A stretch of 43,340 nt of DNA from a virus. Each line of letters begins with the position of its first letter. The stretch's first letter is position 1. Shown in pieces: positions 1-8,388 of this stretch. Made by a program: the position numbers and the translations under genes. The notes below the pieces were generated by a model. It saw only the letters and a program-made list of their open reading frames with translations. It did not search any database and was not told the DNA's origin. The DNA lies in the IMG/VR virus record IMGVR_UViG_3300045988_176239, one strand, 5' to 3'.

Positions 1-55
1 CCCCCACCCACTACCATTGCAAGGGGGGAGTTACCGGAGGATACCCCACCACACA
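1..55. repeat. 55-bp exact terminal direct repeat (identical to 43286-43340); most likely the overlap of a circularly closed assembly
   Basis: cccccacccactaccattgcaaggggggagttaccggaggataccccaccacaca was read at both ends of the window and matched base for base. Confidence 0.9.
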
Positions 56-282
56 AACACCACAGACACACACACTGCACCACACACCACACACCCGGCA
101 AGACACAGCACACGACACGACAGCAGCACCGATGAGTACCACACCGGGGCGAGTGAGACACGGACCACACGCACCGGGCCGGGCGGGACAACAGCACACG
201 CCACCGCCATTCAACAGCAGCACACAGCAGAGGATGGACACCATCCACTCTCACACTGTTCACGTTCACACAACCAACAAAC

Positions 283-407
283 GATCATGATCAACGTGAT
301 CAACAATCATCGTTCAATGATTGATCAATGAACAATGAACAATGAACGAACATGATGATGATCAATGATCATCATGATGATGAACATGATGAACATGATG
401 ATGATCA
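283..407. repeat. Cluster of 7 GATC sites (6 as the TGATCA palindrome) in an AT-rich ATG/ATC low-complexity island
   Basis: GATC at 283, 289, 298, 323, 360, 367 and 403. It is followed (420-470) by several ATGCAT/GCATGC palindromes. Confidence 0.8.
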
Positions 408-791
408 TGTGATGATGACGTGATGCATGACATGCATACCAATACCATGCACCATGCATGGTGCCAACGCATGCCACAAGGCAACACGCAACGTACAACG
501 CACAAACGCACAAAAATGCACAAAAACAAAAGAAATGTTACAAAAACATGCAAAAACATTCAAAAGCGTGAAACAACAATGGTGTTCAAAAAAACCATGG
601 CAACAAAACAAGACGAACGGAAAGGGGGCCCCAACACACTAAGGGATCCCTTAAAGTGGGACCCGCGTCACAAAACAAGACAGGGAACACAACAAAACGA
701 GACGCACACCACACAATTTATGTGATGGGGGCCACTCCCCCTCCCCCATCCGGCCGCGAACACCCCGAAGGTCTGCCCATCCCTCCCTGCT

Positions 792-888
792 TGTGGAAAA
801 CCCTGTGGATAACTCCAGTAACCCAGATCACAATGTGACCGTCGTCATGTGGAAAACTCCCAAACCTGTGGAAAACCCTGTGGAAAAC
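792..888 (+). promoter_or_regulatory. Five direct copies of TGTGGA(A/T)AAC, two pairs at 12-bp spacing, just upstream of the first packaging gene
   Basis: Copies at 792-801, 804-813 (variant tgtggataac), 848-857, 867-876 and 879-888. All are in the same orientation and most are preceded by cc or c. Confidence 0.7.
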
Positions 889-892
889 TTCC

Positions 893-923
893 TTCAGACG
901 TGAGAGGTATCACAGCATATAAT
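893..923 (+). promoter_or_regulatory. Candidate promoter (TTCAGA-N19-TATAAT) that could give a leaderless or near-leaderless transcript for the gene starting at 931
   Basis: A perfect TATAAT at 918-923 lies 7 nt before ATG 931. The -35-like hexamer at 893-898 is weak. Confidence 0.3.
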
Positions 924-930
924 AGAGGGT

Positions 931-1212
931 ATGACAACCCACACAAACACCACAATCACCATATACGAACCCAACAGCCCCACACCCATCACAGACGCCA
1001 CAAACACAAACAACCCCACCCTCATCCGCCAAGCACTCGCACACAAAATCGCCACCGTCATAGACGACCCAAGAACAGGCGACACAGCACTCACAAAACT
1101 CACCGCACAACTCATACAAATCACAGACCAACTCGCCACCACACAAAACGAAAACACACAAACACACCCCACCGACATTCCAAACGAAACACAAACCTGG
1201 GACGGCATCTAA
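931..1212 (+). CDS. Small protein immediately upstream of terL; putative small terminase subunit
   Basis: 93 aa. Its stop at 1210-1212 is 2 nt before the terL ATG. The central part (LIRQALAHKIATVIDDPRTGDTALTKLTAQLIQITDQLA) looks helical, while the termini are T/N/P/H-rich because of the A/C-rich DNA. The call rests on position only. Confidence 0.4.
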   Translation: MTTHTNTTITIYEPNSPTPITDATNTNNPTLIRQALAHKIATVIDDPRTGDTALTKLTAQLIQITDQLATTQNENTQTHPTDIPNETQTWDGI

Positions 1213-1214
1213 AA

Positions 1215-2708
1215 ATGAGCGAAAAACACCTATCCGAAATCGCCGCCCACCTCACCCTCCCAGAAAACATCACACACACAGCCTGGCCGCCCGTCAAACG
1301 CCGCCTCCAAGAAATGCAATACCCCCTCGACATCTGGCAACAAGACTGGCTCAAAGCAATCCTCGCCAAACGCGACGACGGCCACTACGCCGCCAGCATC
1401 GACGGAATCCAAGCATCCATCCCACGACAAGTCGGCAAAACATACACAATCGGCGGCCTCACATTCGCACTCGCCACCCTCCACCCCAACTACTTCGTAC
1501 TCTGGACCGCACACCGCACGCGCACCGCAGACGAAACATTCAACGACATGAAAGGAATGGCACAAATCCCCGACATCGCCCCGTACGTGAACAAAATACG
1601 GCAAGCAAACGGGCAACAAGCCATCCTCTTCAACAACGGATCACGCATTCTCTTCGGAGCCCGCGAAGGAGGATTCGGACGAGGATTCCACGGCGTAGAC
1701 ATGATCCTCTTCGACGAAGCCCAAATCCTCGGCGCAGCCGCACTAGACGACATGATCCCCGCCACAAACACCGCGCCCGACCCGCTCATCATCAAAATCG
1801 GAACACCACCAAAACCAAAAGACCCATCCGAAGCATTCAGCGAATTCCGCAACCTCGCCCTACAAGGCGAAATAAAAGACGGCCTCTATTTAGAGTTGGC
1901 CGCCGACTACGACGCTAACAGCGACGACAGGAAACAATGGGAAAAAGCCAACCCATCATACCCTCGCCGCACACCCGAATCCGCCATTCTAAGAATGCGA
2001 CGGCAGCTCGGAGAAGAATCATTCCGACGTGAAGGCCTCGGAATATGGGATCGTGCCAACGACAGGCTCGCAATCGACCCAGTCGCCTGGAACACCGCCA
2101 CAATACGGCCAGAAAACACTCCACAAGGCATGCGATGGTGCGCCGCAATCAGATTCGCACCCGACGGATCAACCTGCGCCCTAGCCAGAGCAGGACACAA
2201 AGCCAACACGCCCACACACGTCGAACTCTGCACACACCAAGGCGTCCGCCGCATGAACGAAGGAACACAATGGATAATCGACTACATCGCGGACACAAAA
2301 GACAGATGGGCGCAAATCATCGTAGACGGAAAATACGGTGCCGGAGACACAATCGAAAGACTCCGTTCGATCGGAGTACGTCCCCAGGTCATTATTACTC
2401 CTACAATCACGCAAATCATAGACGCCTACAGCATGCTAGACGCGTCACTACGCGAAAACACAATCACGCACCTAGACGACATGCAACTGAGGACCGAGGC
2501 CGCATCCGCGACGCCACGCCCAATCGGAACATCCGGAGGCTGGGCCCTACAAGCGCCTCCTGGGGCGACAGTAGCCGGCCTGGAAGCTTGCACTCTCGCA
2601 ATGTGGGGCGCCCGCACAACAAAAAGAAGACCACGCTATAAGCCTTATGATAAAATCAAAAACGCCAATAGTAATAATGATCGTGGCGGCGGAGTGTTAT
2701 TCCTATGA
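1215..2708 (+). CDS. terL: Terminase large subunit
   Basis: 497 aa from ATG 1215. It has a Walker-A-like PRQVGKTY, a Walker-B-like VDMILFDEAQ and a nuclease-sized C-terminal half, and sits directly upstream of the portal gene. The ORF-track start at 849 is an artefact of the stop-poor A/C tract. Confidence 0.9.
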   Translation: MSEKHLSEIAAHLTLPENITHTAWPPVKRRLQEMQYPLDIWQQDWLKAILAKRDDGHYAASIDGIQASIPRQVGKTYTIGGLTFALATLHPNYFVLWTAHRTRTADETFNDMKGMAQIPDIAPYVNKIRQANGQQAILFNNGSRILFGAREGGFGRGFHGVDMILFDEAQILGAAALDDMIPATNTAPDPLIIKIGTPPKPKDPSEAFSEFRNLALQGEIKDGLYLELAADYDANSDDRKQWEKANPSYPRRTPESAILRMRRQLGEESFRREGLGIWDRANDRLAIDPVAWNTATIRPENTPQGMRWCAAIRFAPDGSTCALARAGHKANTPTHVELCTHQGVRRMNEGTQWIIDYIADTKDRWAQIIVDGKYGAGDTIERLRSIGVRPQVIITPTITQIIDAYSMLDASLRENTITHLDDMQLRTEAASATPRPIGTSGGWALQAPPGATVAGLEACTLAMWGARTTKRRPRYKPYDKIKNANSNNDRGGGVLFL

Positions 2709-4330
2709 CTGAAATTTATCCTGACGATGGGCGGCTCGTTAATGCTACGCCGGCACCCACCCGCATTTCCGGACTCCCCGACGAGGATAAGGTAACATTC
2801 CTGCAGCTGTGGCAGAAATGGCAGCAGCACTCAAACAAGAACAAGCTGCTCTCCGTCTACTATGACGGCCACCGCGCTTTCCAGGATTTGGGTATCAGTA
2901 TTCCGCCGCAAATGACGCGCACCAAAGCCGCGCTCGGTTGGCCTCAGAAAGTCGTCACCATGCTCGCTCGCCGGCACGTGTTCGAAGGCTACTCCCTGAA
3001 CGGCGCCCCCGACGCCTTCGAAGCAAACGAAATACTGTCCGCGAACAATTACGATCTTGATCTCGCCCAGGCGATCACGTCTGCTTACAAGCATTCTTTT
3101 TCGCTGCTCACAGTGACGCGGGGGGACGAAACCATTGGCGAGCCGCCTGTCGTGGTGCAGGCCCGTGACGCAGAATGGTCCGCCGCGCTCTGGGACACGC
3201 GCCGCCGCATAATCGAAGCCGCCCTCACAATCGATCAGACCGACAAATACGGGCAGCCGACAGGCGCCATCATGCACACCCCCACCGCCATTTGGCGAAT
3301 CGACGCCCGCGAAAACGGCGGTGGGTGGAAGGCCGAAAAACTCGGGGACACCCCCAACCGCATTTTCGTTGAAGCACTCTGCTACGACCCGCAACTGAAT
3401 CGGCCTTTGGGGCACTCACGAATCACCCGTGAAGTAAGATACCTCACGGATGCGGCGGTGAGGACAATGGTCCGCGCAGAAACGTCCGCCGAATTCTTCT
3501 CCTCACCCCAGCGCTACGTGCTCGGCGCAGAAAGAGCAGATTTCGCCGGCCAAGACAGGTGGTCCGCAATCATGGCCCGCGTCCAAGTCTTGGAACCGAA
3601 CGAGAACGGCGACATTCCTAGCGTTGGGCAATTCTCACAAATGACCATGAGCCCGCACTTGGAAATGTACCGTCAGCTGGCACAGAATTTGTGCGCAGCC
3701 ACAAACCTTCCTCAATCCGCTATCGGAATTTTCGCGGATAACCCATCCTCAGCTGAGGCGATGCAGGCGTCCGAGGCGGCGCTCGCGGACGAGGCCGAGT
3801 ATCAGTGGCGCATTTTCACCGCCCCATTGCGGCGCACGCTGCAGAACATTATTATGGTCAGGGACAAGCTCGACGAGCCTCCCGCCGAGTCGTGGAAGAC
3901 CTCCGTGAAGTGGACCCCCGCCCGCTATTCCTCGCCGTCGTCTGCCGCCGATTTCGCGGTCAAAATGGTGTCCGCGTTCCCGTCGTTGCAGGAGTCGCAG
4001 ACTCTCATGCGGCGTGCCGGGCTCACCGAGGACGATCTCGCAGACATTAACGCTGAGAATCGTAAAAAGAATGCGGTTTCGTTGCTCGACCGCGCTCTCG
4101 CCGCCACGAATAACGGGAACGTTGTGGGCGAGAATGGCGAGAATGCTGAGAATGGTGGTGTAGCCAACAATAATGGTGACGATAACGCCGACGGTGCCCC
4201 CAACAATAACGGCAGCAACGGCAGCAACGGTAGCAACAATAACCTGAACGCTAATAACGCGCCCAATACAAGAAACCAGGTTAAGCGCAATATCAAACTG
4301 CCTGGCGGCACCAAAACACCAATAAACTAA
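2705..4330 (+). CDS. Portal protein
   Basis: 541 aa with an ATGA start/stop overlap with terL. Size and position are typical for a portal. The C-terminal tail is N/G-rich low complexity (GSNGSNGSN). Confidence 0.85.
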   Translation: MTEIYPDDGRLVNATPAPTRISGLPDEDKVTFLQLWQKWQQHSNKNKLLSVYYDGHRAFQDLGISIPPQMTRTKAALGWPQKVVTMLARRHVFEGYSLNGAPDAFEANEILSANNYDLDLAQAITSAYKHSFSLLTVTRGDETIGEPPVVVQARDAEWSAALWDTRRRIIEAALTIDQTDKYGQPTGAIMHTPTAIWRIDARENGGGWKAEKLGDTPNRIFVEALCYDPQLNRPLGHSRITREVRYLTDAAVRTMVRAETSAEFFSSPQRYVLGAERADFAGQDRWSAIMARVQVLEPNENGDIPSVGQFSQMTMSPHLEMYRQLAQNLCAATNLPQSAIGIFADNPSSAEAMQASEAALADEAEYQWRIFTAPLRRTLQNIIMVRDKLDEPPAESWKTSVKWTPARYSSPSSAADFAVKMVSAFPSLQESQTLMRRAGLTEDDLADINAENRKKNAVSLLDRALAATNNGNVVGENGENAENGGVANNNGDDNADGAPNNNGSNGSNGSNNNLNANNAPNTRNQVKRNIKLPGGTKTPIN

Positions 4331-4337
4331 CACCATC

Positions 4338-5063
4338 ATGCTGTCAACCGCAGAAATCGGGGCATACGGGCGAGCAATAGACTCACTCACCACACTCGCC
4401 CAAAACGATCTACACACGCTCTGGGCGCACGCCGCTAAACAACGCCCCGAGCAAGCGCGCGACCTTCTACTCGAAATCATGCCCGCCCTCGTCGATCAAT
4501 ACGGCAGCGCGGCCGCCGCAATCGCCGACGAATGGTACCGCGACATGCGCCTAGACCAAGACATCCCCGGCGACGCACCCACAGTACAAACAACGCTCAC
4601 ACCACAAGGCGAAATAGACAACAGTGTCAGATTCAGCGCGGGAGCACTATACGCCGGAAACCCCGACATCGCCCTATCCTATTTGACCGGGTCGCTCATC
4701 CGATACGTCAGCGACGGTGCCCGCTCGCAAATCGCAGACATGACATGGGCCGACCCGGAAGCCATGGGCTGGGAAAGGCGAACACGCAACCCGCAAGCAT
4801 GCAACTTCTGCGTCATGCTCACAATGAACGAATGCTACTACCGATCACAGGGGACAGCGTCATTCGGGGCGCACGACAATTGCAAATGCGTTGCTGTCCC
4901 CGCCTGGGACCCGACCTCACGGGAAGTCCCAGCAAAAGCATACGCACTCGCAGCCAGACACAAAACTGAAAAAGGCCGCAAACGCCACCGTGAACTCGTC
5001 TCCTCGTGGATAGACACACACCAAGAGGAGCTCGCACAATGGCGCACCCGGCCAATCGAATGA
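4338..5063 (+). CDS. MuF/SPP1 gp7-like minor head (head morphogenesis) protein
   Basis: 241 aa immediately after the portal. The C-terminal Cys motif CNFC...HDNCKC is typical of this family. Confidence 0.7.
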   Translation: MLSTAEIGAYGRAIDSLTTLAQNDLHTLWAHAAKQRPEQARDLLLEIMPALVDQYGSAAAAIADEWYRDMRLDQDIPGDAPTVQTTLTPQGEIDNSVRFSAGALYAGNPDIALSYLTGSLIRYVSDGARSQIADMTWADPEAMGWERRTRNPQACNFCVMLTMNECYYRSQGTASFGAHDNCKCVAVPAWDPTSREVPAKAYALAARHKTEKGRKRHRELVSSWIDTHQEELAQWRTRPIE

Positions 5064-5172
5064 TTGTGCTACAATGCATAAACAAGGGCCACTGAAGGAC
5101 GGCTGCAAAGCCCAAAATATAGTTGCCTGAAACATTACAATAACCGCACGGTCAAAATATAGGAAACGCCCA

Positions 5173-5655
5173 ATGAGCGATAACGCCGCAAGCGACACGC
5201 CAGCCGACAGCAGCGCCACTAACGACGGCAACACCCCCACGAACGGGGACAATGCCGCTAGTAAGCCTGAAATCGACTGGAAGAGCGAGTCCCGAAAGTG
5301 GGAGAATCGCGCCAAAGAGAATAGGCGCGCCGCCAACGAACGAGACGAACTCGCCAAGGCCATCGGCGACAAAGACGCCACAATCGAAGCCCTAAAGGCC
5401 AAAGTGGCAGACTTTGAAACCGCCGCCAAAGTCCGCGAATGGTCCGCCACCGCGGCCGCAGAACACGGTATCAGCGCCGATTTGATCCGAGGAACTACCG
5501 AGGACGAAATCAACGCGCATGCTGCCGCAATCGCCAAAGCACTGCACGACGCTAAACCGTCCGTTGCCCCCGTGGTACCACAGGCCGGAGCCACGCCTGA
5601 CAATGACGGCGGCAATCTTGCAGAATTCGCTCGGAACGTTTTCACCAGCGACTAA
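5173..5655 (+). CDS. Scaffolding protein
   Basis: 160 aa, acidic, Ala/Glu/Lys-rich and helical (ANERDELAKAIGDKDATIEALKAKVADFETAAK). It lies directly upstream of the major capsid gene. Confidence 0.65.
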   Translation: MSDNAASDTPADSSATNDGNTPTNGDNAASKPEIDWKSESRKWENRAKENRRAANERDELAKAIGDKDATIEALKAKVADFETAAKVREWSATAAAEHGISADLIRGTTEDEINAHAAAIAKALHDAKPSVAPVVPQAGATPDNDGGNLAEFARNVFTSD

Positions 5656-5714
5656 AACACGCTAGCCGCTATTCTAAAAAGTAAAACACTAGAAAGAAAC
5701 GGAAACCAGCTAAA

Positions 5715-6647
5715 ATGGCCGTGTTTGATTCAGGCAAGGCGAAGGTCCTCATGCCTCGGCAGATCGCCGACGGGATCATCACTCGCACCCAGACTCTCTC
5801 CACCGTCGCTAAGCTCAACGGCGGAATCCCCATGACTTTCGGCGACGTGGACATTATCACTTTCGATAATTTCCCTCGCGCCGAGTTCGTTGACGAGGGC
5901 GCCGAAAAGGCTCCCACCTACGGCGAATTCGGCTATGTGACCGCTAAGCCGCACAAGGCTCAGGTCACGATGCGTTTCAACGAGGAGGTCCAGTGGGCCG
6001 ACGAGGACTATCAGCTTGACGTCCTCAACCAGCTCGCACAGAAGGGCAGCGAGGCACTTTCCCGCGCCCTCGACCTCGGCCTTTACCACCGTGTTAACCC
6101 GCTGACCGGTGCTGTTATTGACGCGTGGACCAACTACCTTACCTCCACCACCAAGAATGTCGAGATCGGCACTACGGAGATGGACCAGGCGATTCGTCAG
6201 GCCGCTGGGCTGCTCATTAACGACAATGCCGCGCCGATTACGCCGACTGGTCTTGCGCTTGCCCCGTCCGCGGTTTGGGCGCTCGGTAGTCTCCAGACCA
6301 AGAATGCTGACGGGTCGCCGTCGGGCACGCCGCGTTACCCGCAGATCGGCCTCGGCGTCGACATTGATAACTTCATGGGTCTCCCGGCTGCGGCTGGAAA
6401 CACGGTCGCCGGCAAGCCCGAGGCGACCGCCGCCACCAATGTCGAGGGCATTGTCGGCGATTTCGTCGACGGCATTCGGTGGGGAATTCAGCGGTCTCTG
6501 CCGCTTGAGATCATTCGTTTCGGCGACCCGGACGGTCAGGGTGATCTGAAGCGTAGGAACCAGATTGCTCTGCGTCTTGAGATTCTGTACGCCTGGTATG
6601 TTTTCCCGGACAAGTTCGCGACGATTAAGACCAAGGCTGGCGCCTGA
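5715..6647 (+). CDS. Major capsid protein (HK97 fold, no delta domain)
   Basis: 310 aa following the scaffold gene. Composition and length are typical of actinophage major capsid proteins, and no protease gene is present. Confidence 0.85.
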   Translation: MAVFDSGKAKVLMPRQIADGIITRTQTLSTVAKLNGGIPMTFGDVDIITFDNFPRAEFVDEGAEKAPTYGEFGYVTAKPHKAQVTMRFNEEVQWADEDYQLDVLNQLAQKGSEALSRALDLGLYHRVNPLTGAVIDAWTNYLTSTTKNVEIGTTEMDQAIRQAAGLLINDNAAPITPTGLALAPSAVWALGSLQTKNADGSPSGTPRYPQIGLGVDIDNFMGLPAAAGNTVAGKPEATAATNVEGIVGDFVDGIRWGIQRSLPLEIIRFGDPDGQGDLKRRNQIALRLEILYAWYVFPDKFATIKTKAGA

Positions 6648-6717
6648 TAAAATCGCCGTAAAGAAAAAATAACACAACTCATCCAAAACAAAATTTTTCC
6701 CAGGGGCGATTTCGGAA

Positions 6718-6930
6718 ATGCGATCCTACAGGCACCGAGACCACGACATTGTGGTCCATCTCGCAGATGACCACAATGTGGCGCTCGGAGACGAATACAC
6801 CGAAATTACCCCCGGGAATGATGACGCCGGCGAGGCAGGCGAGCCCGCCTCCTTTTCCTCCTCTCGTGCTGCCTCGCCGGCACCTGCCCCTCGTCGGGGA
6901 CGGGGCCGCCCCAGAAAGACGGTCAAATGA
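6718..6930 (+). CDS. Hypothetical small protein with an AT-hook-like C-terminus (RRGRGRPRKT)
   Basis: 70 aa with an ATGA overlap with the next gene (6927), which suggests translational coupling. Confidence 0.5.
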   Translation: MRSYRHRDHDIVVHLADDHNVALGDEYTEITPGNDDAGEAGEPASFSSSRAASPAPAPRRGRGRPRKTVK

Positions 6931-7412
6931 TTCCTGAGGATATTATCCCGTTCGCCACGGTCGAAGATTTGGAAGCTCGGTGGCGGGCACTCTCGGACAA
7001 TGAACGCATTCGAGCCGACGTACTCCTCGCCGACGCGACCGACCTCATCGTGTCGAAATGCCCCCGCTGGGAATCCGCCACGCCTCGCACGCGAAAGCGT
7101 GTAGCATGCGCTGTGGTGCGTCGCGCAATGCAGGGCGGGGACGCTATCGGAGGCGTCACAGACAGTGGCGGCGGAATCTACTCCGAACCCCACGGGATTA
7201 TCGCGTCAGAATCACACACAACAGGGCCGTTCAGCGATCAGTTCACGTATCAGAATCCCGAGGGCGGCCTCTACCTGAAACGCGAGGAAAAGGACGCCCT
7301 AGGAGGCTCCGGCGGAGCATTCGAGGTAGACCTCCTGCAGGATTATGATGTACGATCCGTCACGGATCAGCTGATCGAGGACATTAACGCGATCAGCGGG
7401 CAGGAATCGTAA
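6927..7412 (+). CDS. Head-tail connector (gp6-like adaptor)
   Basis: 161 aa. The N-terminal ATVEDLEARWRALSDNERIRADVLLADATDLIV pattern is typical of gp6-like connectors, and the position after the capsid gene fits. Confidence 0.7.
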   Translation: MIPEDIIPFATVEDLEARWRALSDNERIRADVLLADATDLIVSKCPRWESATPRTRKRVACAVVRRAMQGGDAIGGVTDSGGGIYSEPHGIIASESHTTGPFSDQFTYQNPEGGLYLKREEKDALGGSGGAFEVDLLQDYDVRSVTDQLIEDINAISGQES

Positions 7413-7741
7413 TGCTGTCCGGGTATGTGCCTGTTGTGCGGCGTAGGCGAGGGCCCGCGTCGAAAGACCAGTACGGTAATCCCGTGCCGGGGGAATGGGA
7501 GAACGTTTCTTTGCCGCCGGCGGTGTTTGCGCCGGCCACGTCCACTGAGCCGATCAGTGCTGGGGCAATGCCCGTCACCGTCCCCGCCGCACTTTACTGG
7601 CGGAATACCACAATCGACGTGACCGCCGAAGATCATCTTATTGTAGACGGCATAGAATACCGCGTTGAGGGCCGCCCTTCCCCCTACCCTAAAGGGATGG
7701 TTGTGCAGATTCGCGCCAACGAAGACAAGGTGAGCGAATAA
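7412..7741 (+). CDS. Head closure / head-tail joining protein
   Basis: 109 aa with a TAATG overlap. The C-terminal DHLIVDGIEYRVEGRP motif is typical of Hc1-type proteins. Confidence 0.6.
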   Translation: MLSGYVPVVRRRRGPASKDQYGNPVPGEWENVSLPPAVFAPATSTEPISAGAMPVTVPAALYWRNTTIDVTAEDHLIVDGIEYRVEGRPSPYPKGMVVQIRANEDKVSE

Positions 7742-7995
7742 TGCCGAAAGTAAAATTCCAGCTCAACCGTGACGGCGTCGCCGATCTTCTGCGCGGCCCC
7801 GACGTAGCCCGGACCGTAGCATTAGAGACCGGGCGTGTAGCCAACGCTGCCGGGCGAGGATTCGATGGTGAGACGACGCGTGGAAATCGAACCCGCGGAT
7901 ACGTCAGGGCACGCACCATTGCCGCAATGCGCAGACAGATGAGGGAACACACGTTGGAGCGTGCAATCGGCCTCACAATGGGTGGCGGGAAATGA
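7741..7995 (+). CDS. Small neck / head-tail complex protein (hypothetical)
   Basis: 84 aa, overlapping start and stop codons on both sides, located in the neck module. Confidence 0.5.
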   Translation: MPKVKFQLNRDGVADLLRGPDVARTVALETGRVANAAGRGFDGETTRGNRTRGYVRARTIAAMRRQMREHTLERAIGLTMGGGK

Positions 7996-8381
7996 GCCCA
8001 ACATACGATCGCGCCCCCGTGGTGCCGGACATAAAGAAGCGGCTCATGGATTTTCTGTCCGCGCACATGAGTGTGCCGGTCGTGGCCCGTCGTCCCGAAA
8101 GTCCGGATCGTCCCGTCTCATTCATTCGAGTCCTCTCCACTGGCGGCACGGGGGTTACGCAGAAAGCGCTTTGCACCGCTCTGGAGACGATCGACGCCTA
8201 TGCACAGTCGTCGGGTGAGGCGATGAAGATTGCGTGCGAGGCCGTGAATGTGGCGCACACTATGTCGAACTATCGGGATGGTATAGTGATGGTACAATCA
8301 TCCTATCCGATAGAAATGCCCGATCCGGACACGTCTCAGGCGAGGGCGACTGCAACATTAACAATTACAGCACACAGGTGA
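7992..8381 (+). CDS. Tail terminator / tail completion protein
   Basis: 129 aa with an ATGA overlap, directly upstream of the major tail protein gene. Confidence 0.55.
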   Translation: MSPTYDRAPVVPDIKKRLMDFLSAHMSVPVVARRPESPDRPVSFIRVLSTGGTGVTQKALCTALETIDAYAQSSGEAMKIACEAVNVAHTMSNYRDGIVMVQSSYPIEMPDPDTSQARATATLTITAHR

Positions 8382-8388
8382 ACAAATA

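Larger units (their letters stand above)
56..917 (+). other. Left half of the T-poor, A/C-rich non-coding junction tract
   Basis: Long stretches are almost free of T (for example 56-240). ORFs here are low complexity only (H/T/N/P/K/R on +, C/V/G/W on -). The tract holds several motif clusters, listed separately. Confidence 0.7.

Noticed and set aside
283-407. Interpreting the GATC cluster as proof of a Dam/SeqA-type origin
   Set aside because: That mechanism belongs to Gammaproteobacteria. This phage looks actinobacterial and encodes no methyltransferase, so only the sequence observation is retained.
11-838. Multiple 60-104-aa ORFs on both strands in the first 840 bp (for example 17-331 +, 420-725 +, 11-244 -, 325-513 -)
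   Set aside because: The products are low complexity (H/T/N/P/K/R, or C/V/G/W/M/I/F runs). The DNA is stop-poor because T (and on the complement A) is rare, so long ORFs arise by chance. There are no RBS or coupling signals.
849-1214. N-terminal 122-codon extension of the terL ORF (GTG 849)
   Set aside because: The extension is His/Thr/Arg/Lys/Pro-rich and low complexity, and it overlaps the better 931-1212 ORF. ATG 1215 sits 2 nt after that gene's stop, and the recognisable terminase sequence begins there.
5730-6686. Long antisense ORFs inside well-supported genes (5730-6686 -, 3749-4480 -, 4917-5645 -, 8485-9114 -, 19626-20483 -, 35593-36642 +, 37618-38256 +, 38818-39321 +, 39744-40250 +)
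   Set aside because: They mirror confidently called genes on the other strand, have Arg/Ser/Pro/Gly-rich compositions typical of antisense frames in GC-rich DNA, and lack RBS or coupling signals.
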